A stretch of 64,000 nucleotides of DNA, taken from positions 6,814 to 70,813 of the forward strand of contig JBNKYB010000041.1 of the NCBI GenBank assembly GCA_050300615.1, read 5' to 3'. A model generated the notes under the pieces. That model was not told the DNA's origin. It did not search any database and saw nothing but the letters and a program-made list of their open reading frames with translations. This stretch comes from Flavobacteriaceae bacterium. Its GTDB lineage: Bacteria; Bacteroidota; Bacteroidia; Flavobacteriales; Flavobacteriaceae. Every line of letters begins with the position of its first letter. The first letter of the stretch is position 1. The position numbers and the translations under genes were made by a program. Positions 17,963 through 28,900 of the stretch are shown one piece after another.

Positions 17963-19309
17963 ATGGAGTTTGTTATTAAAATATCTCAATTTTTATTGAG
18001 TCTATCTTTGCTCATTATATTACATGAATTTGGGCATTTTTTACCTGCAAAGGCATTTAAAACAAGAGTTGAAAAGTTTTACTTATTTTTTGATGTAAAA
18101 TTTTCGCTTTTTAAAAAGAAAATAGGAGACACAGTTTACGGTATAGGTTGGTTACCCTTAGGTGGTTATGTTAAAATCTCAGGGATGATTGACGAAAGTA
18201 TGGATACCGAGCAAATGGCGCAGCCACCACAACCGTGGGAATTTCGTTCTAAACCAGCTTGGCAACGTTTAATTATTATGTTGGGAGGTGTAACCGTTAA
18301 TTTTTTACTAGCCATTTTTATTTATATAGGAATGAGTTATTACTACGGCGATATCGTGTTACCAATTGATAATATTAAAGATGGGTTATTAATTGAAAGC
18401 ACCGTTGCTAACAAAGCAGGCTTGTTAACAGGAGATAACATTATTGCGGTAGATGGCGAACCTATTAAGAATTTTTCAGAAATCTCGGAAAAAGTTCTTT
18501 TTGGTAAAACAGTTACTATTGAAAGAGATGGAAAAGAATCTACAGTAACATTGCCAGAAGATTTCTTATCTCAATTATTAGACTCAAAAGAAAAAAGGTT
18601 TATAAACTTAAGAGAACCATTTGTAGTTGTTGAAGTTCCAGATACATCGTTTAATAAAAATAGTGGATTAAAAAAAGGTGATATTATTTTAGGGTTAAAT
18701 GGCTACAAAACAAAGTATGCAGATCAAGTAAAGGATCTTTTAGAAAAATTTAAAGGGCAAAAAGTAGAAGCCAAAGTTTTAAGAGATAATCATGATGTTG
18801 TTGTGCCTTTATCAATTAGTGATGATGCTAAACTTGGGCTTGTGTATGCTGCTAGTTCTACGCCAAAAACATTAGAAGCTTTAGGTTATTATAAATATAA
18901 AACAAAAGAATACAGTTTTTTTGAATCGTTTCCTGTTGGATTGAAAAAAGCCAAAGACAGATTAACATCTTATTGGGATCAGTTAGGAGCTATTTTTACT
19001 CCAAGTACTGGAGCCTATAAAGGCGTAGGTGGTTTTAAAGCCATTTATGATATATTTCCAGACTTTTGGAGTTGGCAAGTTTTTTGGAAAATAACAGCCT
19101 TTTTATCAATTATGCTAGGCGTATTAAACCTATTACCAATTCCTGCGTTAGACGGTGGACACGTTATGTTTTTACTATATGAAATGGTGTCTGGAAGAAA
19201 ACCAGGCGATAAGTTTATGGAATATGCTCAAATGGTAGGATTTATTATATTAATAGCCTTAGTTCTGTTTGCAAACGGCAATGATATTTTTAAAGCTATT
19301 TTTAATTAA
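17963..19309 (+). CDS. rseP: RIP site-2 metalloprotease RseP
   Basis: 448 aa. HEFGH zinc motif in the first TM helix, PDZ-like segments, and the NLLPIPALDGGH motif. Confidence 0.9.
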   Translation: MEFVIKISQFLLSLSLLIILHEFGHFLPAKAFKTRVEKFYLFFDVKFSLFKKKIGDTVYGIGWLPLGGYVKISGMIDESMDTEQMAQPPQPWEFRSKPAWQRLIIMLGGVTVNFLLAIFIYIGMSYYYGDIVLPIDNIKDGLLIESTVANKAGLLTGDNIIAVDGEPIKNFSEISEKVLFGKTVTIERDGKESTVTLPEDFLSQLLDSKEKRFINLREPFVVVEVPDTSFNKNSGLKKGDIILGLNGYKTKYADQVKDLLEKFKGQKVEAKVLRDNHDVVVPLSISDDAKLGLVYAASSTPKTLEALGYYKYKTKEYSFFESFPVGLKKAKDRLTSYWDQLGAIFTPSTGAYKGVGGFKAIYDIFPDFWSWQVFWKITAFLSIMLGVLNLLPIPALDGGHVMFLLYEMVSGRKPGDKFMEYAQMVGFIILIALVLFANGNDIFKAIFN

Positions 19310-19328
19310 AAGTTTTTTAAAAATTATA

Positions 19329-19359
19329 TTTGTAGTAAATAAAAATATATATATATTTG
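19329..19359 (+). promoter_or_regulatory. Bacteroidota-type promoter for tRNA-Asn (TTTG-N19-TATATTTG)
   Basis: TTTG at 19329-19332. TATATTTG (matches TAnnTTTG) at 19352-19359. 19-nt spacing. Lies 27 nt upstream of the tRNA 5' end. Confidence 0.45.
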
Positions 19360-19385
19360 CGCTCGCAAAAGCGAAAAGATAACAC

Positions 19386-19459
19386 TCCTCCTTAGCTCAG
19401 TTGGTTAGAGCATTTGACTGTTAATCAAAGGGTCCTTGGTTCGAGCCCAAGAGGGGGAG
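19386..19459 (+). tRNA. tRNA-Asn (anticodon GTT)
   Basis: Hand-folded cloverleaf: acceptor TCCTCCT/AGGGGGA, D arm GCTCAGTTGGTTAGAGC, anticodon arm TTTGA-CTGTTAA-TCAAA, T arm CTTGG-TTCGAGC-CCAAG. Confidence 0.95.
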
Positions 19460-19474
19460 CAAGTTACAAAGGAA

Positions 19475-19503
19475 AAGTTCAACAGAAATGTTGGACTTTT
19501 TTT
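19475..19503 (+). terminator. intrinsic terminator after tRNA-Asn
   Basis: AAGTTCAACA-gaaa-TGTTGGACTT followed by a T-run. Confidence 0.6.
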
Positions 19504-19628
19504 GTATAAAAATATTTCATAATAGTTACATTATATAGATTCACTCCACAATTACTTCTTATTTTGTTGTGGATATCATTATTTATTTTGCTTCTTTTGC
19601 ATAATAATTTTTATAGTAATTAATAATT

Positions 19629-19700
19629 GGCTCCATAGTTCAAGGGATAGAACAAAAGTTTCCTAAACTTTAGATCCAGGTTCGAATCCTGGTGGAGTCA
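19629..19700 (+). tRNA. tRNA-Arg (anticodon CCT)
   Basis: Acceptor GGCTCCA/TGGAGTC, D arm GTTCAAGGGATAGAAC, anticodon arm AAAGT-TTCCTAA-ACTTT, T arm CCAGG-TTCGAAT-CCTGG. Confidence 0.9.
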
Positions 19701-19729
19701 CAAGAAGTGGAAGAACCAAAACCAAAAGC

Positions 19730-20704
19730 ATGGCCCTAAACACACCTATTACTTTTTATCCCATATTAAAAGAACGTATTTGGGGAGGAGGAAAACTAAC
19801 TACAGTATTTAAAAAAGAATCCAATAAAACTAATATTGGCGAAAGCTGGGAGCTTTCTGGTGTTGAGGGAGATGTCTCTGTAGTTGCTTCGGGTGAATTA
19901 CAAGGAAAAAGTTTAAAAGAACTAATTAAGACCTATAAAGGCAAGTTAGTTGGAGAAAAAGTTTATAAAACTTTTGGTGATGATTTTCCTATTCTTATAA
20001 AATATATTGATGCTAAAACACCACTATCTATTCAAGTGCATCCAAACAATGAATTGGCAAAAGAACGCCATGATTCCTTTGGGAAAAATGAAATGTGGTA
20101 TATTATGCAAGCCGACGATGATGCCGAATTAATAGTAGGGTTTAATCAAGATATCGATAAGGCAACTTATTTAAGTAAGTTAGAAGAAGGTAATATATTG
20201 GAAATATTAAACTCTGAAAAAATATCGAAAGGAGATACATTTTATATTCCTACAGGAAGAGTCCATGCCATTGGTGCCGGAGTTATGCTTGCTGAAATTC
20301 AACAAACATCAGACGTTACTTATAGAATTTATGATTACAAACGAGTTGATGCCACAACTGGAAAAGAGAGAGAATTACATACAGATTTGGCGGTAGATGC
20401 GATAGATTACAAACAGTACGACAGTTACAAAATATCATACGAGCTTAAGAAAAACGACTCGAGTGAGTTAGTGTATTCTCCTTATTTTAAAACCAACATT
20501 ATTCAACTTGAAGGAGCCGTTAAGAAAGATTACAGTAATTTAGATTCTTTTGTTATTTATATGTGTGTTGAAGGCGATGCTGTTGTAACCTGTAACGACA
20601 AGCAGTTTTCGTTACAAGTAGGTCAAACCATGCTTATTCCTGCAGCAGTTAGCAGCATTGAATTACAATCTGAAAACGCTAGAATTTTAGAAGTGTTTCT
20701 TTAA
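19730..20704 (+). CDS. manA: class I mannose-6-phosphate isomerase
   Basis: 324 aa. IWGG, GESWE, LSIQVHPN and GRVHAIG cupin/metal-ligand motifs. Confidence 0.85.
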   Translation: MALNTPITFYPILKERIWGGGKLTTVFKKESNKTNIGESWELSGVEGDVSVVASGELQGKSLKELIKTYKGKLVGEKVYKTFGDDFPILIKYIDAKTPLSIQVHPNNELAKERHDSFGKNEMWYIMQADDDAELIVGFNQDIDKATYLSKLEEGNILEILNSEKISKGDTFYIPTGRVHAIGAGVMLAEIQQTSDVTYRIYDYKRVDATTGKERELHTDLAVDAIDYKQYDSYKISYELKKNDSSELVYSPYFKTNIIQLEGAVKKDYSNLDSFVIYMCVEGDAVVTCNDKQFSLQVGQTMLIPAAVSSIELQSENARILEVFL

Positions 20705-20714
20705 TAAATGCTTG

Positions 20715-21071
20715 TTACTTTTTATGAATATAAAGTTTTGCTTGTTCAACAACCTGTTTTGAGTTGCCAATAAATATGTGGTCATTGGCAATAATAACTG
20801 GCCTGCTTAAAAAGGTATAGTGGTCAAGAATATAGTGTTTGTAGTCACGTTCTTCAAGAACTTGGTTTTTTAAGTCCATTTCTTTGTAAAGTTTAGAACG
20901 CTTACTAAAAAGGGCTTCGTAACTACCTGCAAGATCTTTCATCTCATCTAATTGCTTAACCGTTATTTCTTCAGTTTTAATGTCTTGCAAAATAAACTCA
21001 GAAGGTAGATTCAATTCTTTTAAAATTCTAATACAGGTGCTACATGTTTTTAGGTAATATACTTTTTTCAT
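20715..21071 (-). CDS. ArsC/Spx-family (YffB-like) reductase-fold protein
   Basis: 118 aa. N-terminal YYLKTCSTC motif, and length typical of the ArsC family. Confidence 0.75.
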   Translation of the reverse strand: MKKVYYLKTCSTCIRILKELNLPSEFILQDIKTEEITVKQLDEMKDLAGSYEALFSKRSKLYKEMDLKNQVLEERDYKHYILDHYTFLSRPVIIANDHIFIGNSKQVVEQAKLYIHKK

Positions 21072-21141
21072 CTGTTAATAATTTAAAAACAAAATAAAGC
21101 AATTATATCATTTAACCTATATTTATAAAAAAATAAATATC

Positions 21142-21606
21142 ATGCATTTTACATTAGAAGTACTTTCAAACACACGAAGATTTTTCAGGAAATATTTAGA
21201 TGATTTATCTCTTGAAGACTTAAATAAAATCCCAGAAGGATTTAATAATAATATTATCTGGAATATAGGGCATATCCTTGTTACGCAACAGTTATTAGCC
21301 TATAAACTATCAGGATTGCCTATGATGATTAGCGATACGCTAATTGCTAAATACATGAAGGGCACAAAACCAGAAGGATTTATAGATCAAGATGAAGTAG
21401 ATGAGATTAAAGAATTGTTACTTTCTACAATTGAAAAAACACACGAAGATTTTAATAACGGGCTCTTTAAAAACTTTAAAGAATATACAGTTTCAACAAC
21501 AGGTAACACCTTAACAACTATTGATGACGCTTTTCAGTTTATTTTATTTCATGAAGGGATGCATTTAGGCTATGTTATGGCCTTATTGCGTGGTTTCAAA
21601 AACTAA
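21142..21606 (+). CDS. DinB-family four-helix-bundle protein
   Basis: 154 aa. IWNIGHIL...FHEGMHLGY His-triad-like spacing typical of DinB_2. Confidence 0.65.
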   Translation: MHFTLEVLSNTRRFFRKYLDDLSLEDLNKIPEGFNNNIIWNIGHILVTQQLLAYKLSGLPMMISDTLIAKYMKGTKPEGFIDQDEVDEIKELLLSTIEKTHEDFNNGLFKNFKEYTVSTTGNTLTTIDDAFQFILFHEGMHLGYVMALLRGFKN

Positions 21607-22302
21607 AAGTGAGTTTACATCATCATATGGGATAGTGAATTCTATAGTACCTGCGGAATAGGCCGCTATTTCGTAGGTATTATACAATAAAATAATTCCA
21701 TCTTCGGTATAGCCAATATTGGCTGGAAGCACAAAGTTTTCCGAATCAAAAACCGCATCTTTTTTATCAATATTATTTTGGTAATAGGTTTTAGCTAGTT
21801 TAAAAAAGGCATCTTTATCGTTAAATAAATCAGTATTTGAAATTAAACTTCCTGTTTTTGCATTAAAGTTTAAAAAAGAAATGTTTAAGTTTCCGTGGGC
21901 GCCGCCAGTATCCATATAAGACGTTAGAGCAATGCTTATAATACTTTCAGACTGGTACATAATATCGCCATCTATTTGAGCTTCCCAGTGTTGGTCACTA
22001 TCAGGAAAATCATTTTTAAACGCTTCAAATTCTTTATTAAACGCCTTAATGCTTTTTTTGATGGTTTCTATTTTAGAATCATCATCATATTCCCCAATTT
22101 GTAAAGAAGCTATCACTTTGTTTTCAATAATTGAATTGATAGAATTTGCAGCAGGATTATCTCCTTGAGCTAAAGGAATATTTACTTCGACGGTCGAGTT
22201 ATTACCATTGGTTATGCTAGTTTCTTTAAAAGTAATTAAGGGATCCTCTTTACAAGAAATCAAAGTAAAAAAACAACAAAGAATAAAAATATAATGTTTC
22301 AT
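21583..22302 (-). CDS. lipoprotein, DUF3298/DUF4163-like
   Basis: I prefer the start at MKHYIFILCCFFTLISC (lipobox LISC), giving 239 aa. The 29-aa upstream extension in the track ORF overlaps the divergent promoter. YMDTGGAHGN is characteristic of DUF3298. Confidence 0.6.
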   Translation of the reverse strand: MKHYIFILCCFFTLISCKEDPLITFKETSITNGNNSTVEVNIPLAQGDNPAANSINSIIENKVIASLQIGEYDDDSKIETIKKSIKAFNKEFEAFKNDFPDSDQHWEAQIDGDIMYQSESIISIALTSYMDTGGAHGNLNISFLNFNAKTGSLISNTDLFNDKDAFFKLAKTYYQNNIDKKDAVFDSENFVLPANIGYTEDGIILLYNTYEIAAYSAGTIEFTIPYDDVNSLLVFETTQ

Positions 22303-22391
22303 TGAGATAGAATGATTAAACACCCTAAAGGTAAATATTGCATTTGAATACACCGAATTATAAATTACTTTTGTATAAATACATCTCAAAA

Positions 22392-23531
22392 ATGAAGTTT
22401 AACACAAAAGTTATACATGGTGGTCAAGAGCACGATTTAGCTTATGGAGCTGTAATGCCTCCAATTTATCAAACAACGACTTACGCGCAAACAACACCCG
22501 GAGGTCATAAGGGCTATGAATATTCAAGAACTCATAACCCAACACGACATGCTTTAGAGAGTGCGTTTGCAAGTATTGAAAATGGTAATTACGGACTAGC
22601 GTTTGGCTCGGGATTAGCTGCTATTGATGCTATAATGAAACTATTAAAGCCTGGTGATGAGGTTATTTCAACCAATAATTTATATGGAGGTTCTTATAGA
22701 TTATTCACTAAAATATTTCGAGACTTTGGCATTAAATTTCACTTTGTGGAAATGGAAGATGCTTCTTATATTAAAACCTATATCAATGATAATACAAAAC
22801 TTATTTGGGTAGAAACTCCAACCAACCCAATGATGAATATTATCGATATCAAAGCAGTTTCAACACTTTCAAAAAAGAATAATATTTTATTAGCGGTTGA
22901 TAATACGTTTGCCACTCCTTATTTACAACAACCTTTAGAATTAGGAGCAGATATTGTGATGCACTCAGCCACCAAGTATTTAGGCGGCCATAGCGATGTT
23001 GTTATGGGTGGCTTGGTAGTTAACGACAAGGTGTTGGCAGATAAGTTATATTTTATTCAAAATGCTAGTGGTGCTATTTGCGGTCCACAAGATAGTTTTT
23101 TAGTATTACGTGGTATTAAAACCTTACATGTAAGAATGCAGCGTCACTGCGAAAATGGAAAAGCTATAGCTAATTTTTTGAAGACACATCCAAAAGTTGA
23201 CAAGGTTTTTTGGCCTGGTTTTGAAGGACATCCCAATCATGAAATTGCAAAATCTCAAATGAAAGATTATGGAGGCATGTTATCATTTACAATAACAGGA
23301 AATGATTACAAACAAGCCATAAAAACTGTTGAAAATCTTAAAGTTTTTACTCTGGCAGAATCGTTAGGAGGTGTAGAGTCACTTTGTGGTCATCCAGCAA
23401 GTATGACGCATGCTAGTATTCCAAAAGCAGAACGCGAAAAAACAGGTATTGTAGATTCTTTAATACGATTAAGTGTTGGTATAGAGGATATAGATGATTT
23501 AATTGCCGATTTACAACAGGCTTTGGGTTAA
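22392..23531 (+). CDS. PLP-dependent Cys/Met-metabolism enzyme (cystathionine gamma-lyase/synthase family)
   Basis: Start taken at MKFNTKVIHGG. The SATKYLGGHSD motif carries the PLP lysine. About 380 aa, typical for the family. Confidence 0.9.
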   Translation: MKFNTKVIHGGQEHDLAYGAVMPPIYQTTTYAQTTPGGHKGYEYSRTHNPTRHALESAFASIENGNYGLAFGSGLAAIDAIMKLLKPGDEVISTNNLYGGSYRLFTKIFRDFGIKFHFVEMEDASYIKTYINDNTKLIWVETPTNPMMNIIDIKAVSTLSKKNNILLAVDNTFATPYLQQPLELGADIVMHSATKYLGGHSDVVMGGLVVNDKVLADKLYFIQNASGAICGPQDSFLVLRGIKTLHVRMQRHCENGKAIANFLKTHPKVDKVFWPGFEGHPNHEIAKSQMKDYGGMLSFTITGNDYKQAIKTVENLKVFTLAESLGGVESLCGHPASMTHASIPKAEREKTGIVDSLIRLSVGIEDIDDLIADLQQALG

Positions 23532-24331
23532 TTGAGATAAAAAATATAGCCAACATTAAACCAAATTAACCAATCGTTATATTTGTTGTTTTCTAATTGA
23601 TGGTTTAATCCATCAACCCAGTCATTAAAATAATATTGCCATCTTAAGTCTAGCATTAAATCAGAAATTCTATTAAGTTTATACCGAACACCCATACTAG
23701 AAACAACAGAGAATGTATTTCCAGAAGAGTCATTAACGGATCCTGGAGCCCATTGAGAATAAAAATTGGTAGGGTTTAATACATTACCATAAGCTAGTGG
23801 GTTTGGATTGTCATAGGTTGTGCTTACTTCGGGTGAAAAAAAGGTATAATGCACGCCTAAACTAACAAATGGCGCAAATCTAGGCGTAAAAGCTTCAAAA
23901 GCATGAATGCTTAAAGGATAAAATTCTAATTGTGTTCCAATATCAAAATTATTAGCCACTCCTTTATGACCTCTTAGCCTTTTGGCATCTTCAGAGGTTT
24001 TGCTAGGATCTACCAAATGTCCAAAATGTTCTAATTTGGTTTTATTCCAAGATATTTCGTTACGTACTTTAAAGTGTTCGTTAAAATAGGAGTCTCTACT
24101 AGAATATGAGTAATTTCTTCGGTAAGAAAAGTTAAAATATTGAACAATACCTATACCAAATCCCATATTTCCTAGGTTTGTTTCTGTGTCTGTCCTACTA
24201 CCAAAATCTGATTTAAATTGCACAGGACCAGTAATAATGCCAATTTCTGGTGAAAAACCTAATTGAGAGAATGCTGCCTGTGTTATTATAAATACGAAAA
24301 ATGTGGCAGCTAAATGTTTAAAATTAAACAT
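23528..24331 (-). CDS. outer-membrane beta-barrel protein (hypothetical)
   Basis: Start taken at MFNFKHLAATFFVFIITQAAFSQ (signal peptide). Alternating-hydrophobic beta-strand pattern. The penultimate residue is aromatic (FYLN). Confidence 0.5.
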   Translation of the reverse strand: MFNFKHLAATFFVFIITQAAFSQLGFSPEIGIITGPVQFKSDFGSRTDTETNLGNMGFGIGIVQYFNFSYRRNYSYSSRDSYFNEHFKVRNEISWNKTKLEHFGHLVDPSKTSEDAKRLRGHKGVANNFDIGTQLEFYPLSIHAFEAFTPRFAPFVSLGVHYTFFSPEVSTTYDNPNPLAYGNVLNPTNFYSQWAPGSVNDSSGNTFSVVSSMGVRYKLNRISDLMLDLRWQYYFNDWVDGLNHQLENNKYNDWLIWFNVGYIFYLN

Positions 24332-24474
24332 ATTATGGTTTGTTTGTTGAGGCATTAGCTAAGCAAATATATAAAAACAGAATTTAGAATCAAATCTTTA
24401 TAAAAACGCTGAAATTACAATAAAATTATTTGTTATGAAATTATAAAAAAAACGGCTTTTTTTTGAAGATATCG

Positions 24475-24482
24475 TATCTTTG
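24475..24482 (+). promoter_or_regulatory. candidate -7 box (TATCTTTG) upstream of gdhA-1
   Basis: Matches TAnnTTTG, 48 nt upstream of the ATG. No well-spaced -33 TTTG was seen. Confidence 0.3.
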
Positions 24483-24529
24483 TTATAATATATTGAAAAG
24501 TTCATAATTATTAACTCAAATTTGAATAA

Positions 24530-25873
24530 ATGAAAAGTAATATTGAAGCATTTTTAGATCTTGTAAAAGAAAGAAATGGTCAAGAACCAGAGTTTTTACA
24601 AGCTGTTCAGGAAGTTGCAGAAACAGTAATTCCTTACATCGTTGATCACGATATTTATTATGGTAGAAACATTCTATTGCGAATGGTAGAACCAGAAAGG
24701 GCATTAACTTTTAGGGTTTGTTGGGTAGATGATTCTGGTGAAATTCAAGTCAATAGAGGCTATAGAATTCAAATGAATTCAGCCATAGGTCCATTTAAAG
24801 GTGGTTTACGTTTTCATCCAACGGTTAACATGAGCATTTTAAAGTTTTTAGCTTTTGAACAGGTATTTAAAAATGCGTTGACCACGCTGCCTATGGGAGG
24901 TGGAAAAGGAGGAAGTGATTTTGACCCTAAAGGTAAAAGTGATGATGAAATTATGCGTTTTTGTCATTCATTTATGAGTGAATTATTTAGACATATAGGT
25001 CCTAATACAGATGTGCCAGCAGGAGATATAGGGGTAGGCGCTAGAGAAATTGGATTCCTATTTGGTATGTACAAAAAATTAAGAAATGAATTTACTGGGG
25101 TTTTAACAGGTAAGGGATTATCTTGGGGAGGTTCTTTAATACGACCAGAAGCAACAGGTTATGGAACTGTTTATTTTGCAGAAAGTATGTTAAAAACTAA
25201 AGGAGAAGATTTAAGTGGTAAGCATGTTGTTATATCTGGATCTGGTAATGTAGCGCAATATGCTGCAGAAAAATGTATTCAGTTAGGTGCAAAAGTCTTA
25301 ACATTATCCGATTCGTCTGGATATATTCATGATTCAGAAGGAATAGATTCAGATAAGTTAGCGTATGTAATGAATTTAAAAAACGTGAAAAGAGGAAGAA
25401 TAAGTGAATACTTAGAAAACTATCCTCATGCTAAATTTGTAAAAGGAAAAACACCATGGGATATTAAGTGCGATGTTGCCTTACCATGTGCCACACAAAA
25501 CGAGCTTCATGAATCCGATGCTAAAACACTGTTAAAAAATGGTTGCATTTGCGTAAGTGAAGGAGCTAATATGCCATCAACTATCGAGGCTGTGCATGCA
25601 TTTCAAAAGGCTAAAATTTTATATGCGCCAGGAAAAGCATCAAATGCAGGAGGTGTTGCAACGTCTGGTTTAGAGATGACTCAAAACTCGTTACGTTTTA
25701 ATTGGACAAGAGATGAAGTAGATTTAAAACTTAAAAGCATCATGTCTAACATTCACGATTCTTGTATAGAGTTTGGAACAGAAAAAGATGGTTATATTAA
25801 CTATGTAAAAGGAGCCAATATTGCAGGATTTGTTAAAGTGGCAGATGCCATGTTAGCCCAAGGTATTGTGTAA
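24530..25873 (+). CDS. gdhA: glutamate dehydrogenase (hexameric, about 50 kDa type), paralog 1
   Basis: 447 aa. KGGLRFHP, LPMGGGKGGSDFDPKG (catalytic Lys region), GSGNVAQY Rossmann motif. Confidence 0.95.
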   Translation: MKSNIEAFLDLVKERNGQEPEFLQAVQEVAETVIPYIVDHDIYYGRNILLRMVEPERALTFRVCWVDDSGEIQVNRGYRIQMNSAIGPFKGGLRFHPTVNMSILKFLAFEQVFKNALTTLPMGGGKGGSDFDPKGKSDDEIMRFCHSFMSELFRHIGPNTDVPAGDIGVGAREIGFLFGMYKKLRNEFTGVLTGKGLSWGGSLIRPEATGYGTVYFAESMLKTKGEDLSGKHVVISGSGNVAQYAAEKCIQLGAKVLTLSDSSGYIHDSEGIDSDKLAYVMNLKNVKRGRISEYLENYPHAKFVKGKTPWDIKCDVALPCATQNELHESDAKTLLKNGCICVSEGANMPSTIEAVHAFQKAKILYAPGKASNAGGVATSGLEMTQNSLRFNWTRDEVDLKLKSIMSNIHDSCIEFGTEKDGYINYVKGANIAGFVKVADAMLAQGIV

Positions 25874-25902
25874 AACAGAACACCGTTATAGTTTAAATAA
25901 AA

Positions 25903-28900
25903 ATGCATAAAAATAGCCTGCCAGATTTAAGAAATTACGAATTTGAAGAAGTTGCATTTGGAGAATTAATGCAAAACAGAATTAATAAAGTTCTTATAGT
26001 TTGTTCTAACTATGATTTTTATATGTTGGAAGAAGATGGTCGAATAGATGAACGCATTTTTAACGAATATACAGATTTAAACTTACGGTATCCTCCAAAT
26101 TTTGTGCATGCAAACTCTGCTAAAAGAGCTATAAAACTAATGGCCGAAGTCAAAATAGACTTAGTCATAACGTGGTTAGATATTGGTAATTATAACGCTT
26201 TTGAAACTTCAAAAGAGATAAAAGGGGCCTTTCCGGAGGTCCCTATTGCTGCTCTAAGTTTTTACTCTTCGGAATTAAGAAGTAAATTAGAAAAGAGCAA
26301 TAAAGGCATTATCGATACTGTGTTTCACTGGAATGGTAATGTAGATATTTTCTTGGCAATTATTAAATTGACAGAAGATAGAATGAATGCAAAAAGAGAT
26401 ATTAATCAAATTGGCGTAAAAGCCATTTTGATGGTAGAAGATTCTTTAAAATTCTACTCAAGATATTTACCCATTATCTATAAAATTCTTTTAAAACAAA
26501 CGCGCGCTTTTATGTCTGAAGGCTTAAATGAGCACAGAAGCATGATGCTAATGCGAGGGCGCCCAAAAATGTTATTGGCAACTACTTATGAAGAAGGTTT
26601 AGCTCTTTTTGAAAAGTATAAAAGTAATTTACTAGGCGTAATTTCAGATGTTAATTATTTTAAAGATGGTAAAAGAGACCCAGAAGCAGGATTTGAATTT
26701 TTAAAATATGTAAGGAGTTCTCAACGCTATTTTCCTTTTTTAATTCAGTCGTCTGATGAAAATAATGAAGAAAAAACCCATGAATTAAAAGGTAAGTTTT
26801 TATACAAGCATTCAGAAACACTAGGGACAGATTTAAAAAACTATATCAATAAATATTTTTCATTTGGAGATTTTGAGTTTTGGGATCCAGAACAAATGAA
26901 AGTGTTGGCGGTTGTTAAAAATTTAAGCGAATTCCAAAAGGCATTAAAAACGGTTACTAAAGCATCTGTTGCATATCATGCTAAGCGCAGTGAATACTCA
27001 AAATGGTTAAAATCCAGAGCTTTATTTCCGTTAGCTAATTTATTTAGTAATGTAGAGTTTGATGATTTTGATGACTTAGAACAAATTAGAGAATTTTTAA
27101 TAAAAGCTATACGGGCCTACAGTATTTATAGGTCTAAAGGTGTTATTGTAAAATTTGATAAGGATAAGTATGATGAATATTTAGGCTTTGCAAGAATAGG
27201 AGATGGTTCTCTTGGAGGTAAAGGACGCGGACTAGCGTTTATAGATTCATTTTTAAAACGCCATAAGCTTTTCAGGAAATATGAAGATGTTTATATTTCT
27301 ATACCCAGAACGGTTGTTGTAAGTACTGAAGTTTTTGATGAGTTTATTGAGCAATACGATTTAATTAGATTTGCTGCCAACTCAAATAGTGATGAAGAAA
27401 TTTTAAATAAGTTTATCTCCAAACCTCTGCCCCAATGGGTTCTGGATGATATTCAAGCATTTCTAAATATTGTAAAAAGACCAATAGCAGTTCGTTCTTC
27501 AAGTGTTTTAGAGGATTCTCATTTTCAGCCTTTTGCAGGTGTGTTTGCAACATATATGATCCCAAACACGAACGATAGCCAAATGCTTGAAACCATATCT
27601 AATGCTATTAAATCGGTAATGGCATCAGCTTTTTTTCAAGCAAGTAAGGCCTATTTAAAGGCAACGTCTCATACCATAGAGGAAGATAAAATGGCTGTTA
27701 TTCTTCAAGAACTAACAGGTAAACAATATGATGATATTTACTATCCAAATATTTCAGGAGTTGCAAGATCTATTAATTTCTACCCTATTGGAAATGAAAA
27801 ACCAAATGAAGGAATAGCTAATATTGCCTTAGGCTTAGGCGAAATTATAGTTGGTGGTGGTCGTAGTTTGCGTTTTTCGCCCTACCATCCTAAAAAAGTC
27901 CTGCAATTGTCTTCGCCAGATTCAACGCAAAGAGATACACAGCAATATTTTTACGGTTTAGATTTAGATCCTAAAAGTTATAAAGTCTCAATAAATGAAG
28001 GCGTTAATAAAAAGAAGGTTACTTTAAGACAAGCTAAAAACCATCCGTCTCTTAAATTTGTAGCTTCTACTTACGACTTGCAAAACAATATCATCAGACC
28101 AGGTGTTTTACACGATGGAATACGGGTAGTAACTTTTGATAATGTATTAAAGTACGGTTCATTTCCGTTACCAGAAATTTTAAAAGATTTATTGCACATT
28201 GGACAACGAGAAATGAGAAATCCAATAGAAATTGAGTTTGCTGTAAATCTAGATGTTCCCAAGGGGCAACCAAGAATTTTTAGTTTTTTACAAATAAGAC
28301 CTATTGTTGAAAGTGTTGTAACCAATAATGAGTTACCTAAAGACTTTAATGTTGATGATGCGATTATATACACAGAATCTGCATTAGGAAATGGTACTTA
28401 CGATTATATAAAGAATTTTGTATATGTAAAACCAGAAACATTTAACCCTGCAAACACGAGAGAAATAGCTTCAGCGGTTGAGAACATAAATAAAAAGTTT
28501 TCTGAAAAGGATGAACAATACATTTTAGTTGGTCCAGGGAGATGGGGTTCAAGCGACCCTTGGTTAGGAATTCCTGTTATTTGGCCACAAATTTCTTCAG
28601 CCAAAATAATAGTCGAAGCTGGTTTAAATGATTTTAGAATAGACCCGAGTCAAGGCACACACTTTTTTCAAAATTTAACCTCTTTCAAAGTAGGGTATTT
28701 TACGATTAATCCTTTTATGAATGATGGTTCTTTTGATTTAGACTACTTAAATAAACAAGAGGCCTGTTATGAAGACGACTACTTAAGACACATTTGTTTT
28801 AAGGATCCATTAACTATTATCATTGAAGGCAAAAGCAATAAAGCGGCCATTTTTAAGTCTGGATTTAAAATTACAAAGCATCAAGAATCCTTAGAAAACT

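Noticed and set aside
22303-22391. SAM or other riboswitch upstream of the cystathionine lyase-family gene
   Set aside because: Only about 90 nt are shared with a divergent gene. The region contains a TACTTTTG -7-like box but no riboswitch-sized conserved structure.
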